Source: Myxococcota bacterium
Lineage (GTDB): Bacteria; Myxococcota_A; UBA796; CAJQPC01
Direction: 5' to 3'
NCBI GenBank assembly: GCA_036229005.1
Contig: JAZAMN010000004.1
Span: 96,001-160,000, forward strand
Length of the DNA stretch: 64,000 nt
Shown here piece after piece: positions 40,399 to 49,851 of the stretch; position 1 is the stretch's first letter; each line of letters starts with the position of its first letter. Below the pieces are notes generated by a model that was not told where the DNA came from, made no database searches, and saw nothing but the letters and a program-made list of their open reading frames with translations. Position numbers and translations under genes: made by a program.

Positions 40399-41229
40399 GT
40401 GCCGCTCCAGGCCACCCTGGCCGAGCCCGTCGACATCGAGGGCGTGGGCCTCCACTCCGGCCAGCCCGCGCGCCTGCGCCTGCTCCCTGCCCCGGCCGGA
40501 CACGGGCGCCGCTTCCAGCGCATGGATCTCCCCGGCCAGCCCGAGATCCCCGCCCACATCGACCAGGTGCGAGACACCTTCCTGGCCACCACCCTCGGCC
40601 AGGGCCCGGCCAGCGTCTCCACCGTCGAACACCTGCTGGCCGCCTGCGTCATCTGCGGCGTGGACAACCTCCAGGTCCAGGTCTGGGGGAGCGAGCTGCC
40701 GGTGCTGGACGGGAGCGCGGCTCCCTTCATGGACAGGTTCACCTCGCTGACACCCCAGAGTGCTGCGCCGGTGTTGGAGATCCTGGCCCCCGTCGAGGTG
40801 CGGCTGGATGCGCGCGCGGCCCGGATCCTCCCCTCCCCGGAGCTGCGCCTGGAGCTGGCGATCGACTTTGAGCACCCCGCCATCGGCCGGCAGTCCCTGA
40901 GCCTGGGGCCTCAAGACTTCGCGTCGGTGGCGACGGCCCGCACCTTTGGGTTCGCGGAGCAGATCCAGGCGCTGCATCAGGCCGGCAGGGCGCTGGGGGG
41001 CAGCCTGGACAACGCGCTGGTCTTTGACGCCGCTGGACCGGTCAACGCGCCGCGCATGGCCGATGAGCCGGTGCGCCACAAGGCCTTGGATCTGCTGGGG
41101 GATCTCGCCTTGGTGGGCGCGCGCCTGCAGGGGAGGGTGGTGACCGAGCGGCCGGGGCACGCGCTGACGCAGGCGCTGCTGACCGAGCTGATGCGGCGGC
41201 CGGAGTGCTGGCGGCTCAACACGCCCTGA
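40399..41229 (+). CDS. lpxC: UDP-3-O-acyl-GlcNAc deacetylase
   Basis: GVGLHSG, STVEHLLAA, ELPVLDGSA, ARTFGF, GGSLDNA, RHKALDLLGDL, GH. Confidence 0.95.
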   Translation: MPLQATLAEPVDIEGVGLHSGQPARLRLLPAPAGHGRRFQRMDLPGQPEIPAHIDQVRDTFLATTLGQGPASVSTVEHLLAACVICGVDNLQVQVWGSELPVLDGSAAPFMDRFTSLTPQSAAPVLEILAPVEVRLDARAARILPSPELRLELAIDFEHPAIGRQSLSLGPQDFASVATARTFGFAEQIQALHQAGRALGGSLDNALVFDAAGPVNAPRMADEPVRHKALDLLGDLALVGARLQGRVVTERPGHALTQALLTELMRRPECWRLNTP

Positions 41230-41275
41230 GCGGTGGGCCCAACGGTGGGCTCAGCGGGCGCGGAGCCAGGCCCCG

Positions 41276-41319
41276 AAAAGAAGAAACCCGCCGTCCCATG
41301 ATTGGGCTGGCGGGCTCTT
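41276..41319 (-). terminator. Intrinsic terminator downstream of the small ORF
   Basis: Minus strand CCCGCC-AGCCCA..TGGGAC-GGCGGG hairpin followed by TTTCTTCTTTT. Confidence 0.75.
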
Positions 41320-41343
41320 GCAAAGGTTGAAAACGGCTCAGCC

Positions 41344-41391
41344 CTACTTCTTGGGACCGGGCTTGGGGCGGGGGGAAGGACGCCACTTCAT
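41344..41391 (-). CDS. Putative 15-aa Pro/Lys/Arg-rich small peptide MKWRPSPRPKPGPKK
   Basis: GGAGG RBS 5 nt before ATG, own promoter and terminator; below the ORF-track cutoff. Confidence 0.6.
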   Translation of the reverse strand: MKWRPSPRPKPGPKK

Positions 41392-41439
41392 GATTGCCTC
41401 CAGAGCGATAGGTTCCCTGGGCTGGCCCAGGCATCGTCA

Positions 41440-41468
41440 AGATTGCTCGTTTCCTCCGGTCGTGTCAA
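41440..41468 (-). promoter_or_regulatory. Sigma70-type promoter for the small-ORF transcript
   Basis: TTGACA (41468-41463), 17-nt spacer, CAATCT (41445-41440). Confidence 0.65.
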
Positions 41469-41494
41469 GTGCTTTGGCAACTCAGGAGTGTTCT

Positions 41495-42430
41495 TTGGCC
41501 CTCGCCGATGCCTGGATCCCCGGTGGAGACACCCCCGCCCTGCCCAAGGGCCCCCCCTACGCCGCCACCGAGCTCACGGAGTGGGCGGGCGCGGCCTTCG
41601 AGATGCCGCCTGGAGACCCGATCCTCGCGGACATCCACGTCGGCGGGCCGGCGCCAGAGGGGCCGCTGTGCAACCTGGTCGGGCTGGTGAAGGCCTGGGA
41701 CGACCACCCCGAGTGGCTGGACTTCCTGGACCCCAGCGCCCCCAGCCACGTCCAGAAGATGCTGGAGCGGGGGATCTACGAGCACCACTGGGGCGAGCTG
41801 CTGCCCGAACGCGGGCGCGTGCTGGATCTGGGCGGGGGCTGCGGTCGCTTCGCCGCCTGGCTGCTGGACCGGGGCCTGGACGTCGAGGTCGTGGATCCCG
41901 ATCTGCGCTCGCTGTGGCGCTGTCTGCAGCACGCCGCGGGCCGCCCGGGGCGCGTGGATCTCCACTGGAGCACCGGCGAGCACCTGCCCGATCTGGCGCC
42001 CGTCGACGCGGTGATCATGCCGGAGGTCCTCAACTATGTGAGCGACCCCGATCGCATCCTGGACGGCGTGGCGCGCATCCTCAAGCCAGGGGGCAAGCTC
42101 TTTGTCTCGGTGGAGGCGCGCTGGGGCTGGGCCGCCGCCCTGGATGTGCCGCCCGGGACCCTGCAGGCGCTGCTGGAGGACGGAGAGGTCCACAAGCCCG
42201 GGGACGTCTGGGTCCACACCTACGAGGGCGATGAGCTGCGCGAGCTCCTCTCCAATCACTTTGCCGTCGAGGTGCTGCTGCCCACGCACTACATCCCCTC
42301 GGGTCCCTTCGAGCTGGCCGCCGGAGAGGTGGACCTGCCGGAGGTGCTGGAGCTGGAGGCCCAGCTTCGGGAGCACCCCCGGACCGCGCACCTCAATCGC
42401 GCCTGGATGGCCGTCGCGACCCGCAAGTAG
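41495..42430 (+). CDS. Class I SAM-dependent methyltransferase
   Basis: VLDLGGGCGRF, ILKPGG; TTG start after AGGAG. Confidence 0.8.
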   Translation: MALADAWIPGGDTPALPKGPPYAATELTEWAGAAFEMPPGDPILADIHVGGPAPEGPLCNLVGLVKAWDDHPEWLDFLDPSAPSHVQKMLERGIYEHHWGELLPERGRVLDLGGGCGRFAAWLLDRGLDVEVVDPDLRSLWRCLQHAAGRPGRVDLHWSTGEHLPDLAPVDAVIMPEVLNYVSDPDRILDGVARILKPGGKLFVSVEARWGWAAALDVPPGTLQALLEDGEVHKPGDVWVHTYEGDELRELLSNHFAVEVLLPTHYIPSGPFELAAGEVDLPEVLELEAQLREHPRTAHLNRAWMAVATRK

Positions 42431-42507
42431 GCGGGGACTTCTCGCGCCTTTTCTCGCACGGCGGGGCAAGACGCGGCACACTAAGGGAGATCAGCCTTGG
42501 AGTCTTC

Positions 42508-44049
42508 ATGCGGGTGATGCTCGTCCAGCCGCCGCGCCGCTACTGGCCCTACACCTCGGAAGGGGACAACTTCCTGCTCCAGCAGGCGCTCCCCGCGCTG
42601 GCCGCCGTGGCCATCGAGGAGGGACACGAGGTCGAGGTGGTCGACTGCATGCCGGCCCACATCGGCTGGCGCAGCCTCCACGACAAGGTCCGGGACTTCA
42701 AGCCCCACGTCATCGGCTGCGGTGAGAACCACGCGCTCTACTCCAAGGAGGCCATGCGCTTCTTCCGGCTGTGTCGGGAGGCGGCCCCCGAGGCCGTGAC
42801 CGTCGCGGGCGGTGGCCACTTCACCAACCTGGCTGAGCGCTACGCTGCGCACCCCGACATCGACCTGATCGTCGTGGGCGAGGGCGAGCTCACCTTCGCC
42901 CAGGTCCTGCGCGAGATCGACGGCGGCCGGCACCCCAACGACGGGGACTGGGACGACGTCGACGGCATCGCCTTCGGGCGCGACGGCGGGGCCGTGAAGA
43001 CCAAGCCCGCCCGCCTGGTCAAGCACCTGGATGACCTGCCCATCCCGGCCTACGACCGCATGCCCATGCACCTGTATGGGACCAGCCGCTACCTGTTCTC
43101 GCCCGGCGGCAGCACCCTGCACCACTCCCGCGGCTGCGTGTCCAAGTGCAGCTTCTGCGCCTGGTGGACCACCATGGCCGACCGCCGGGTGGACAAGGAC
43201 GGCAACGAGCGCCTCAGCCCCCGCTGGCGCTCCAAGTCGGCCGACCGCATGATGGAGGAGGTCGAGCTCCTCTACTACAAGTTCGGCAAGCGCAGCTTTG
43301 TCTGGGTGGACGAGAGCTGGAACATCGACCCCCGCTTCAACCACGAGTTCAGCACCAAGATGCTGGAGTCGGGCATGAAGACCAAGTGGATGACCTTCAT
43401 GCGCGCCGACTGCATCGTGCGCGACCACGAGAAGGGCATCCTGGAGGAGCAGGTCCGGGCCGGCCTCTCCCACATCCTGATCGGCGTCGAGCGGGCCGAA
43501 GACGACAACCTCACCGAGCTCGACAAGCGCTTCTACACCGGCGGCATCGCCGAGCGCGCCATCGCCATCTTCAAGGAGCACTACCCGGAGGTCTTCATCC
43601 AGGCGACCTTCATCGTGGGCGTGAAGAACGAGAACCAGGAGAGCCTCAAGCGCCAGGTCGAGCTCGCCCAGCGCCTGGACGTGGACTTCCCGGCCTTCCA
43701 CCCCATCACCCCGGTCCCCGGGACGCCCATCTTCGATGACGCGCTCAAGAACGGGCACATCACGATGGACGACTTCGACGACTTCGACTGGCTGTCTCCG
43801 GTGCTGGACACCGACTACATGACCCGCCACGAGATCGCCGAAGAGATCTACAAGATGAACAAGAAGTTCGTGAACCCCAAGTGGATCCTGCGAGGCCTGA
43901 CCTCAAAGGTCGACTACAAGCGGGACATGTACATCTGGTTCGCCAAGGTCTCCGCGATGATGGCCGCCGGCACCATCAAGGAGAAGCTCAACCCCTTTGA
44001 TGTGGGCCACTACCAGGCGCTGGTCAAGCCGCACTGGTACGACGGCTGA
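42508..44049 (+). CDS. Cobalamin-binding radical SAM enzyme (class B-type)
   Basis: N-terminal B12 domain (VAGGGHFT, IVVGEGELTF); SRGCVSKCSFC; IGVE; ITPVPGTPIF. Confidence 0.9.
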   Translation: MRVMLVQPPRRYWPYTSEGDNFLLQQALPALAAVAIEEGHEVEVVDCMPAHIGWRSLHDKVRDFKPHVIGCGENHALYSKEAMRFFRLCREAAPEAVTVAGGGHFTNLAERYAAHPDIDLIVVGEGELTFAQVLREIDGGRHPNDGDWDDVDGIAFGRDGGAVKTKPARLVKHLDDLPIPAYDRMPMHLYGTSRYLFSPGGSTLHHSRGCVSKCSFCAWWTTMADRRVDKDGNERLSPRWRSKSADRMMEEVELLYYKFGKRSFVWVDESWNIDPRFNHEFSTKMLESGMKTKWMTFMRADCIVRDHEKGILEEQVRAGLSHILIGVERAEDDNLTELDKRFYTGGIAERAIAIFKEHYPEVFIQATFIVGVKNENQESLKRQVELAQRLDVDFPAFHPITPVPGTPIFDDALKNGHITMDDFDDFDWLSPVLDTDYMTRHEIAEEIYKMNKKFVNPKWILRGLTSKVDYKRDMYIWFAKVSAMMAAGTIKEKLNPFDVGHYQALVKPHWYDG

Positions 44050-45754
44050 TCCACAGCTCAGGGGGCACCACGGCCTGCAGCGCTCGGGTGAGCTCAGCGG
44101 GCTGCAGGGGCTTGCTCAGGTGGCCGTCCATCCCGGCCTGCTCCCCGGCCTCCACGTCCTCGGGCAGCACGGAGGCCGTGACGCCGATGATGGGCAGGGT
44201 GAAGCCTCGCGCGCGGGCCTGCAGGGTGGCCTCCAGGCCGCCCATCGCGGGCATGTGGTGGTCCATGAGGACCGCGGTGAAGCGGACCCCTGACTCCAGC
44301 GCCGCCAGGGCCTCCAGGCCGTCTTTTGCGATCACCACCTGCAGCCCCAGCGCCTCGCACATGCGCCGGATGACCACCTGATTGACGGGGTTGTCCTCGG
44401 CCAGGAGGATGGGGGCGAGCGTGTTGGACACCATGAGCCTGGACTCACAGCGCTCTGGCTCGGTGAGCTCCGCGCGCTCCACGGGGGCCCGGATCACGAA
44501 GGCCGAGCCGCCCTGGGGCCGGCGTGAGGCGCTCAGGGTGCCCGCCATGGAGGACACGATCTGCTTGGAGATGGCCAGCCCCAGGCCTGTGCCTCCGAAG
44601 CGCCGGGTCACCGAGCCGTCGCCCTGTTGGAAGGGGTCGAACAGCCGCGCGCTGTCCTCCGGGATCCCGATGCCGGTGTCCAGCACGGAGAGCTCCAGCG
44701 CCCCATCCCAGCGCGCGCGGACCAGGACCTGCCCCTCGCTGGTGAACTTGAGCGCGTTGCCCACCAGGTTGAACAAGAGCTGCCGCATGCGGGAGGGATC
44801 GAGCATGAGGCCCTCGGGCACCTGCTCCCCAACCTCCAGCCTCAGGGCCACTCCAGGTTGCGCCCGGCTCCGCATTGTGTCGAGGACATCGACGAGCAGA
44901 GCGCGCAGGTCGCAAGGGATGGGGTCCATGGGCAGCCGGGTCTGCTCGCCGCGGGAGAAGTCCAGCACGTCGTTGACCAGCGCCAGCAGGAGCTGGCCGG
45001 AGCTGCGGGCGGTCTTGAGGCTGCGGGTCTGCTCCGGGGTGAGCGGGCCGTCGCCTTCGATGAGCGCCAGCATGCCCAGCACACCGTTGAGCGGCGTGCG
45101 GATCTCGTGGGACATGCGGGCCAGGAACTCCCGACGCACCTGCGCCGCCTCGGCCGCTCGCTCCGCCGCTGTGGCCGCCGCTGTCGCCGCCGCGGTGGCC
45201 TGCTCACTGCGCTGGGACAGGCCCAGGTTGGCCTGCCACAGGCCCCGCTGTCCCGCCAGCCGCATGTGGACCAGCAGCGCGGCCACGATGAGCGCGACGC
45301 CGACGGACACGGCCTGGTCGGTCGTGACGGGGTGCTCTCCGCCCTGCAGCCACAGCAGGGTCTGGAGCGCGTGCGCAGTGACGATCCCGTAGGCCAGCCG
45401 GGGAGAGAAGGGGAAGGAGGTCAGCGCCATCATCACCAGGATGCTCAGGAGCAGCGAGCGCGCCTCTCCAAAGAGCGGCACGTTCACCCACAGCACCATG
45501 GTGCCGGCCATCACCGCCGCCGCTGCGAGCAGAGCTTCCCGAAGCCTGGGGGTCTGCATGTGCGCCAGGATGTAGAGCAGCAGGGGGCCGACCAGCTCAA
45601 GGGTGCGCTCCGGCCAGGGGACCCCGGCCAGACCGACGCGGGCGATGTCCGCCCCCACGGCCACGAGCACGGTCGCGCAGTAGGCCGCGGCCACGGCCCT
45701 CCCGGTCTGCGACTGGACCTCGCGGAGGTATTCACCGAAGCCGTGGAGGCTCAT
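44024..45754 (-). CDS. Membrane hybrid sensor histidine kinase/response regulator
   Basis: TM helices, FLARMSHEIRTPLNG, NLVGNALKFT, DTGIGI, GGTGLGL; REC AEDNPVN..LMDHHMP. Confidence 0.9.
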   Translation of the reverse strand: MSLHGFGEYLREVQSQTGRAVAAAYCATVLVAVGADIARVGLAGVPWPERTLELVGPLLLYILAHMQTPRLREALLAAAAVMAGTMVLWVNVPLFGEARSLLLSILVMMALTSFPFSPRLAYGIVTAHALQTLLWLQGGEHPVTTDQAVSVGVALIVAALLVHMRLAGQRGLWQANLGLSQRSEQATAAATAAATAAERAAEAAQVRREFLARMSHEIRTPLNGVLGMLALIEGDGPLTPEQTRSLKTARSSGQLLLALVNDVLDFSRGEQTRLPMDPIPCDLRALLVDVLDTMRSRAQPGVALRLEVGEQVPEGLMLDPSRMRQLLFNLVGNALKFTSEGQVLVRARWDGALELSVLDTGIGIPEDSARLFDPFQQGDGSVTRRFGGTGLGLAISKQIVSSMAGTLSASRRPQGGSAFVIRAPVERAELTEPERCESRLMVSNTLAPILLAEDNPVNQVVIRRMCEALGLQVVIAKDGLEALAALESGVRFTAVLMDHHMPAMGGLEATLQARARGFTLPIIGVTASVLPEDVEAGEQAGMDGHLSKPLQPAELTRALQAVVPPELWISRRTSAA

Positions 45755-45920
45755 GTGCTGACCTGCTCGGGGCTGGCGCCGAGCGCCCGGATCCGCGTCC
45801 TGAACAGGCTGCTTCCGGCGGGCTTGCGGGGGCCGCGGACGTACTGGCGCACCCTGGAGGCCAGGCTCTGCTGCAGGCTCGGGCGAGGGACAGCGCTCAC
45901 CCCCCCTGTATCGGAATCGC

Positions 45921-46589
45921 CTAGTCCTTCTTGACCCGCAGGCGCGTGTGGATGCCGCACTCCGTCTTGCCACCGGCGAAGATCCGGCCGGCCCGCTCGT
46001 CCTCTCCGGCCTTGAGCTTCCGGGTGCAGGGGGCGCAGCCCACCGACCCGTATCCCTGCTCAAGCAGCGGGTTGAAGGGGATGCCGTTCTCCCGCATGTA
46101 GGCGTTCACCCAGGCGCGGTCCTTCCGGGCCAGGGGGTTGATCTTGACGAAGCCGTCCTCGTCTCGCTGGATGTGCGCGAGGCCGGCCCGCATGCCGCCC
46201 TGATCTCCGCGTCGGGCGTTGACCCAGGCGCGCTTGCCCTCGAGCGCCGCGGCCAGCGGTGCGACCTTGCGGTGGTCACAGCAGGCCAGCCGGTCCTCTC
46301 GCCAGGTGGGACCGAAGGGCTCGGGGTGGAAGGGGGTGATCTCCACGTCCAGGAAGGCGGCGACGTCCTGCGCGTACTGCAGGGTCTCGGGGAAGTGGAA
46401 GCCGGTGTCCAGGAAGATGCAGCGCACCTTCGCGCTGTGCTTGCGGGCCATGTGCAGCAGGATGATGCCGCCCGGCCCGAGGCCGGTGGTGAAGGCGAGG
46501 TCGTCGCCGTAGACATCCATGGCCCAGTGCAACAGGGGCTCGGGCTCGAGATCGGGGCGGCCCAGGGGGCGGGCGAGTGCAGCGCTCAT
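45921..46589 (-). CDS. cysH: Phosphoadenosine phosphosulfate / APS reductase
   Basis: FLDTGFHFPET, CCDHRKV.PL, GYGSVGCAPCT, ERAGR, KTECGIH. Confidence 0.9.
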   Translation of the reverse strand: MSAALARPLGRPDLEPEPLLHWAMDVYGDDLAFTTGLGPGGIILLHMARKHSAKVRCIFLDTGFHFPETLQYAQDVAAFLDVEITPFHPEPFGPTWREDRLACCDHRKVAPLAAALEGKRAWVNARRGDQGGMRAGLAHIQRDEDGFVKINPLARKDRAWVNAYMRENGIPFNPLLEQGYGSVGCAPCTRKLKAGEDERAGRIFAGGKTECGIHTRLRVKKD

Positions 46590-46611
46590 TGAGGCCGCAT
46601 AACGCGCGCAC

Positions 46612-48378
46612 TCAGCGCAGGGGGGCCAGGACCTTGGCGGTCTCCCCGGCCTTGACCTGCACGCTGCTGCTGTAGTCCAGCCCGATCTGCTCGTTGACCA
46701 CGCGCACGGTGTGGGGGCCAGCGGGCAGCTCGTAGTTGAACTTGGGGGTGCGGCCGATGTTCTTGCCGTCCACGAAGACGTTGCCCCAGCCCTTGCCGCC
46801 GCTGATGTTGATGCTCAGCTTGCCCGTCTTCACGGCCTCGGGCTCCGGAGTGGGATCGGGCTTGGGAGCCGGCGTCGCCTGGGGCTTGGGGGTGGGCTCA
46901 GGCTCCGGGGTGGTGTCGCGGCCCTGGGCGCTCGGTCGGCTGGGCTCAGGCTCAGGCTCGGGCTCGGGCTCGGCCTCCAGGCGCAGGGACATCACGACGC
47001 GCTCGCCGGCGACGATGTCGACGATCTCCTCCAGGGGGAGGTGTCCATCGGCTTCGATCCGCAGGGCCAGGTCGCCGGGGGACAGGTGCTCCAGAGCCAC
47101 TTGGGTGCCCTCGCCCAGGAGCTTCTCGCCCTGGTAGACCTTGGCGGGCACGTTCAGGCGGAGCTGGAGCGCGCCCTCGGTGGGGAGGACCTTGACCTCT
47201 TCGATCACCACCTCTGGGGCGGGCTTGTCGCGGGTCAGCAGCACGCCGACCACGCCCAGGAGCAGGAGCACGGAGACCAGCGCCACCACCAGGGGCAGGC
47301 GGCTTGGGGGGGCGCTGTCCTGCTGCATGGTGGTGCCGGAGCCGGGGCCCTCCTCCCAGTCGGGGGAGAGGGTCAGGTCGGGCTCGGCCTTGTGGAGCTC
47401 CTCGGCGATCCGGGAGCCGTAGGCCAGGCGGTCCCGCTCTTCGGCGCGCTCCTCGGCGAAGAGCTCGCTGATGAAGGCGGACAGGGAGCGCTGCACAGCG
47501 GAGGCGGGCTGCGGGTACAGGTACTCGATCAGCGCCTGCTGGAACTCCGCGGCGTCCTGGTAGCGCTCGTCGAGATCCGCGCAGAGCGCCTTCATGACGA
47601 CCGCGTCCAGGCGCTTGTCGATCAGGGAGTTCACCGAGCTGGGGGGCCCGATGTCGACGCTCTTGATCTTCTCCAGGGTCTTGAGCTCGGAGTCCGTCTT
47701 GAACAGGCGCCGGCCGGTCAGCATCTCGTAGAGGATGATGCCCACGGAGAAGATGTCGGACTGCTGGGAGAGGTCCTTTCCGTGCGCCTGCTCGGGGCTC
47801 ATGTACTCGAACTTGCCCTTGAGCACACCGTCCTTGGTGTTGTACTGGGACATCTCCGCCTTGGCGATGCCAAAGTCCGCGACCTTGACCTCGCCCTCGA
47901 AGCTGACCAGCACGTTGCTGGGGCTCATGTCGCGGTGGATGATGTTCAGGCTCTCGCCGTGCAGGGTCTTCTTGCAGTGGGCGAAGTGCAGGCCCTTGCA
48001 GGCCTCGTGGGCGATGTAGACCGCGAACTCCTCTGGCAGGAGCTTGCGGCGCTTGGCCAGCTTGCGCAGGATCTGCTTGACGTCCTTGCCGTCGACCCAC
48101 TCCATCGAGATGAAGTAGTTGTCGCGGATCTTGCCGAAGTCGTAGATCTGCACGATGTTGGCGTGCTGCAGGGACACGGAGATCTTGGCTTCGTCGATGA
48201 ACATGTCGACGAACTCTTCGTTGTCCGAGAGGTGCGCCAGGATCCGCTTGATGACCTGGAGCTTCTCGAAGCCCGCGGTGGAGTAGCTCTTGGCCTTGAA
48301 GATCTCGGCCATGCCGCCCGTCGCGATGCGGTCGATCAAGTAGTACTTGCCGAAGACTTCGGGCTCGAAATGGGCCAA
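46612..48378 (-). CDS. Hanks-type Ser/Thr kinase with TM and PEGA domains
   Basis: IATGGMAEIF, HRDMSPSN, DFGIAK, GKFEYMSPEQ, C-terminal PEGA. Confidence 0.93.
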   Translation of the reverse strand: MAHFEPEVFGKYYLIDRIATGGMAEIFKAKSYSTAGFEKLQVIKRILAHLSDNEEFVDMFIDEAKISVSLQHANIVQIYDFGKIRDNYFISMEWVDGKDVKQILRKLAKRRKLLPEEFAVYIAHEACKGLHFAHCKKTLHGESLNIIHRDMSPSNVLVSFEGEVKVADFGIAKAEMSQYNTKDGVLKGKFEYMSPEQAHGKDLSQQSDIFSVGIILYEMLTGRRLFKTDSELKTLEKIKSVDIGPPSSVNSLIDKRLDAVVMKALCADLDERYQDAAEFQQALIEYLYPQPASAVQRSLSAFISELFAEERAEERDRLAYGSRIAEELHKAEPDLTLSPDWEEGPGSGTTMQQDSAPPSRLPLVVALVSVLLLLGVVGVLLTRDKPAPEVVIEEVKVLPTEGALQLRLNVPAKVYQGEKLLGEGTQVALEHLSPGDLALRIEADGHLPLEEIVDIVAGERVVMSLRLEAEPEPEPEPEPSRPSAQGRDTTPEPEPTPKPQATPAPKPDPTPEPEAVKTGKLSINISGGKGWGNVFVDGKNIGRTPKFNYELPAGPHTVRVVNEQIGLDYSSSVQVKAGETAKVLAPLR

Positions 48379-48438
48379 GGGCGACTCGTCGTTGAACTCA
48401 GGCGGGAAGCTTACCCGATGTTGACGCGGAATTGGGGG

Positions 48439-48711
48439 CTACTCCAGCCCCATGTAGCGCGCAGCGTCTTCGCAGGTCCACTCCGCCTGGATGGTCTCCA
48501 GGTCCCCGTTCTCCGCGCAGACCTGGCGCTGGTCACGGGTGGTGCTGCGCCGGTTGTGGTCGGAGATGCAGGTCTTGGTGGCGTCAGCCGGCACGGTGTA
48601 GCCGCACTCGGTGGCGTAGTCCTCGAGCTCCACGCAGATCTGCTGACAGCTATTGCGGCAGCCGGTCGCGGCCAGAGCGAGCAGCGCGGCGGCGGTGAGG
48701 GCCCGGGTCAT
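48439..48711 (-). CDS. Small Cys-rich lipoprotein
   Basis: LAATGC lipobox, six further Cys; RBS AGGAG. Confidence 0.7.
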   Translation of the reverse strand: MTRALTAAALLALAATGCRNSCQQICVELEDYATECGYTVPADATKTCISDHNRRSTTRDQRQVCAENGDLETIQAEWTCEDAARYMGLE

Positions 48712-48770
48712 TTGCGCTCCTGTGGGTTGTGCACCCGCTCAGGCTAACCTGTGGCCCAGCGGATGGCCCC

Positions 48771-49850
48771 ATGGACCGACTCCCCCAGCACATGGGGGTG
48801 CTGCAGATCGAACTCACCGATCTCTGCAACCTGAGCTGCAGCATGTGTGCCCCTCACCACGAGGGGTGGGCCACCGTGCACGGGATCCCGAAAGGCAAGA
48901 TGGACTTCGCCGTCTACGAGGCGATCGTGGGGCGTCTGGCCGCCGAGGACTGTCGCTTCGACCACATCATCTTCCAGTGGCTGGGGGATCCCTCGCTGCA
49001 CAGCCGGCTGGAGGACATGCTGGCCCTGGCCCAGGAGCGGCTGGGGGACCGGGTGGGCTACCTGCGGGTGGACACCAACGCCATCACCCTGACGCCCGCC
49101 CGGATGGATCGGCTGGTGGAGCTCTACGCCCGGCACCCCCAGGTCCCGCTGCTGCTGGTGTTCACCCTGGACGCGGCGACGCCGGAGACCTACCGCCGCG
49201 TGAAGGGGCAGGATGCGCTGGAGCGGGTGCGCCGCAACGTCCGCCGCCTCCTGATGCAGCGCGCCCGCCTGGACCTTGAGGACGTGCGCCTGAACGTGGA
49301 GCTGCAGTTCGTCCTGCAGGAGGGGAACGCCCATGAGCTGGGGCAGTTCGTCCGCTACTGGGAGCGCACGCTGGCTTGCTACGGGGGCAAGGGGCACAGC
49401 GATCTGATGATCAAGCGCCTGTCGGTGGGGGCAGGGGGTGCGGGGCAGCAGGCCGCCGACGCGCTCTATCAGCGCCGGGTGGCCGAAGAGGGGCTCCGAG
49501 CCTTCCGCTCCGACCACCTGGAGCTCAAGCTCTGGGAGTCCTCCCCCTGGGAGAAGGCGGAGCCGGGCCCCCGGCAGGCCTGTCCGGGGCTCTGGCTCAC
49601 GCCGGTGATCCGCCACGACGGGCACCTGTTGATGTGCTGCGCCGACCTGTCCTCGCAGATGGACCTGGGGCCGGTACACGAGTCCGGGTTCCGCGCTCTC
49701 TGGGAAGGTGAGCAAGCCGATGGATACCGGACAGCGCACCTCCAAGGCCGCTTCGAGGAGCTTGAGGCCTGCCGCGACTGTGGCGGAATTCAGTGGTATG
49801 ACCTGCCCATGACCCTTGTGGACGCGACCCTGGAGCGGACGGGAGCCTGA
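48771..49850 (+). CDS. Radical SAM protein with SPASM/twitch domain
   Basis: ELTDLCNLSCSMC, WLGDPSLH, DTN; C-terminal CPGLW..DG..MCCAD..CRDC. Confidence 0.9.
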   Translation: MDRLPQHMGVLQIELTDLCNLSCSMCAPHHEGWATVHGIPKGKMDFAVYEAIVGRLAAEDCRFDHIIFQWLGDPSLHSRLEDMLALAQERLGDRVGYLRVDTNAITLTPARMDRLVELYARHPQVPLLLVFTLDAATPETYRRVKGQDALERVRRNVRRLLMQRARLDLEDVRLNVELQFVLQEGNAHELGQFVRYWERTLACYGGKGHSDLMIKRLSVGAGGAGQQAADALYQRRVAEEGLRAFRSDHLELKLWESSPWEKAEPGPRQACPGLWLTPVIRHDGHLLMCCADLSSQMDLGPVHESGFRALWEGEQADGYRTAHLQGRFEELEACRDCGGIQWYDLPMTLVDATLERTGA

Positions 49851-49851
49851 G

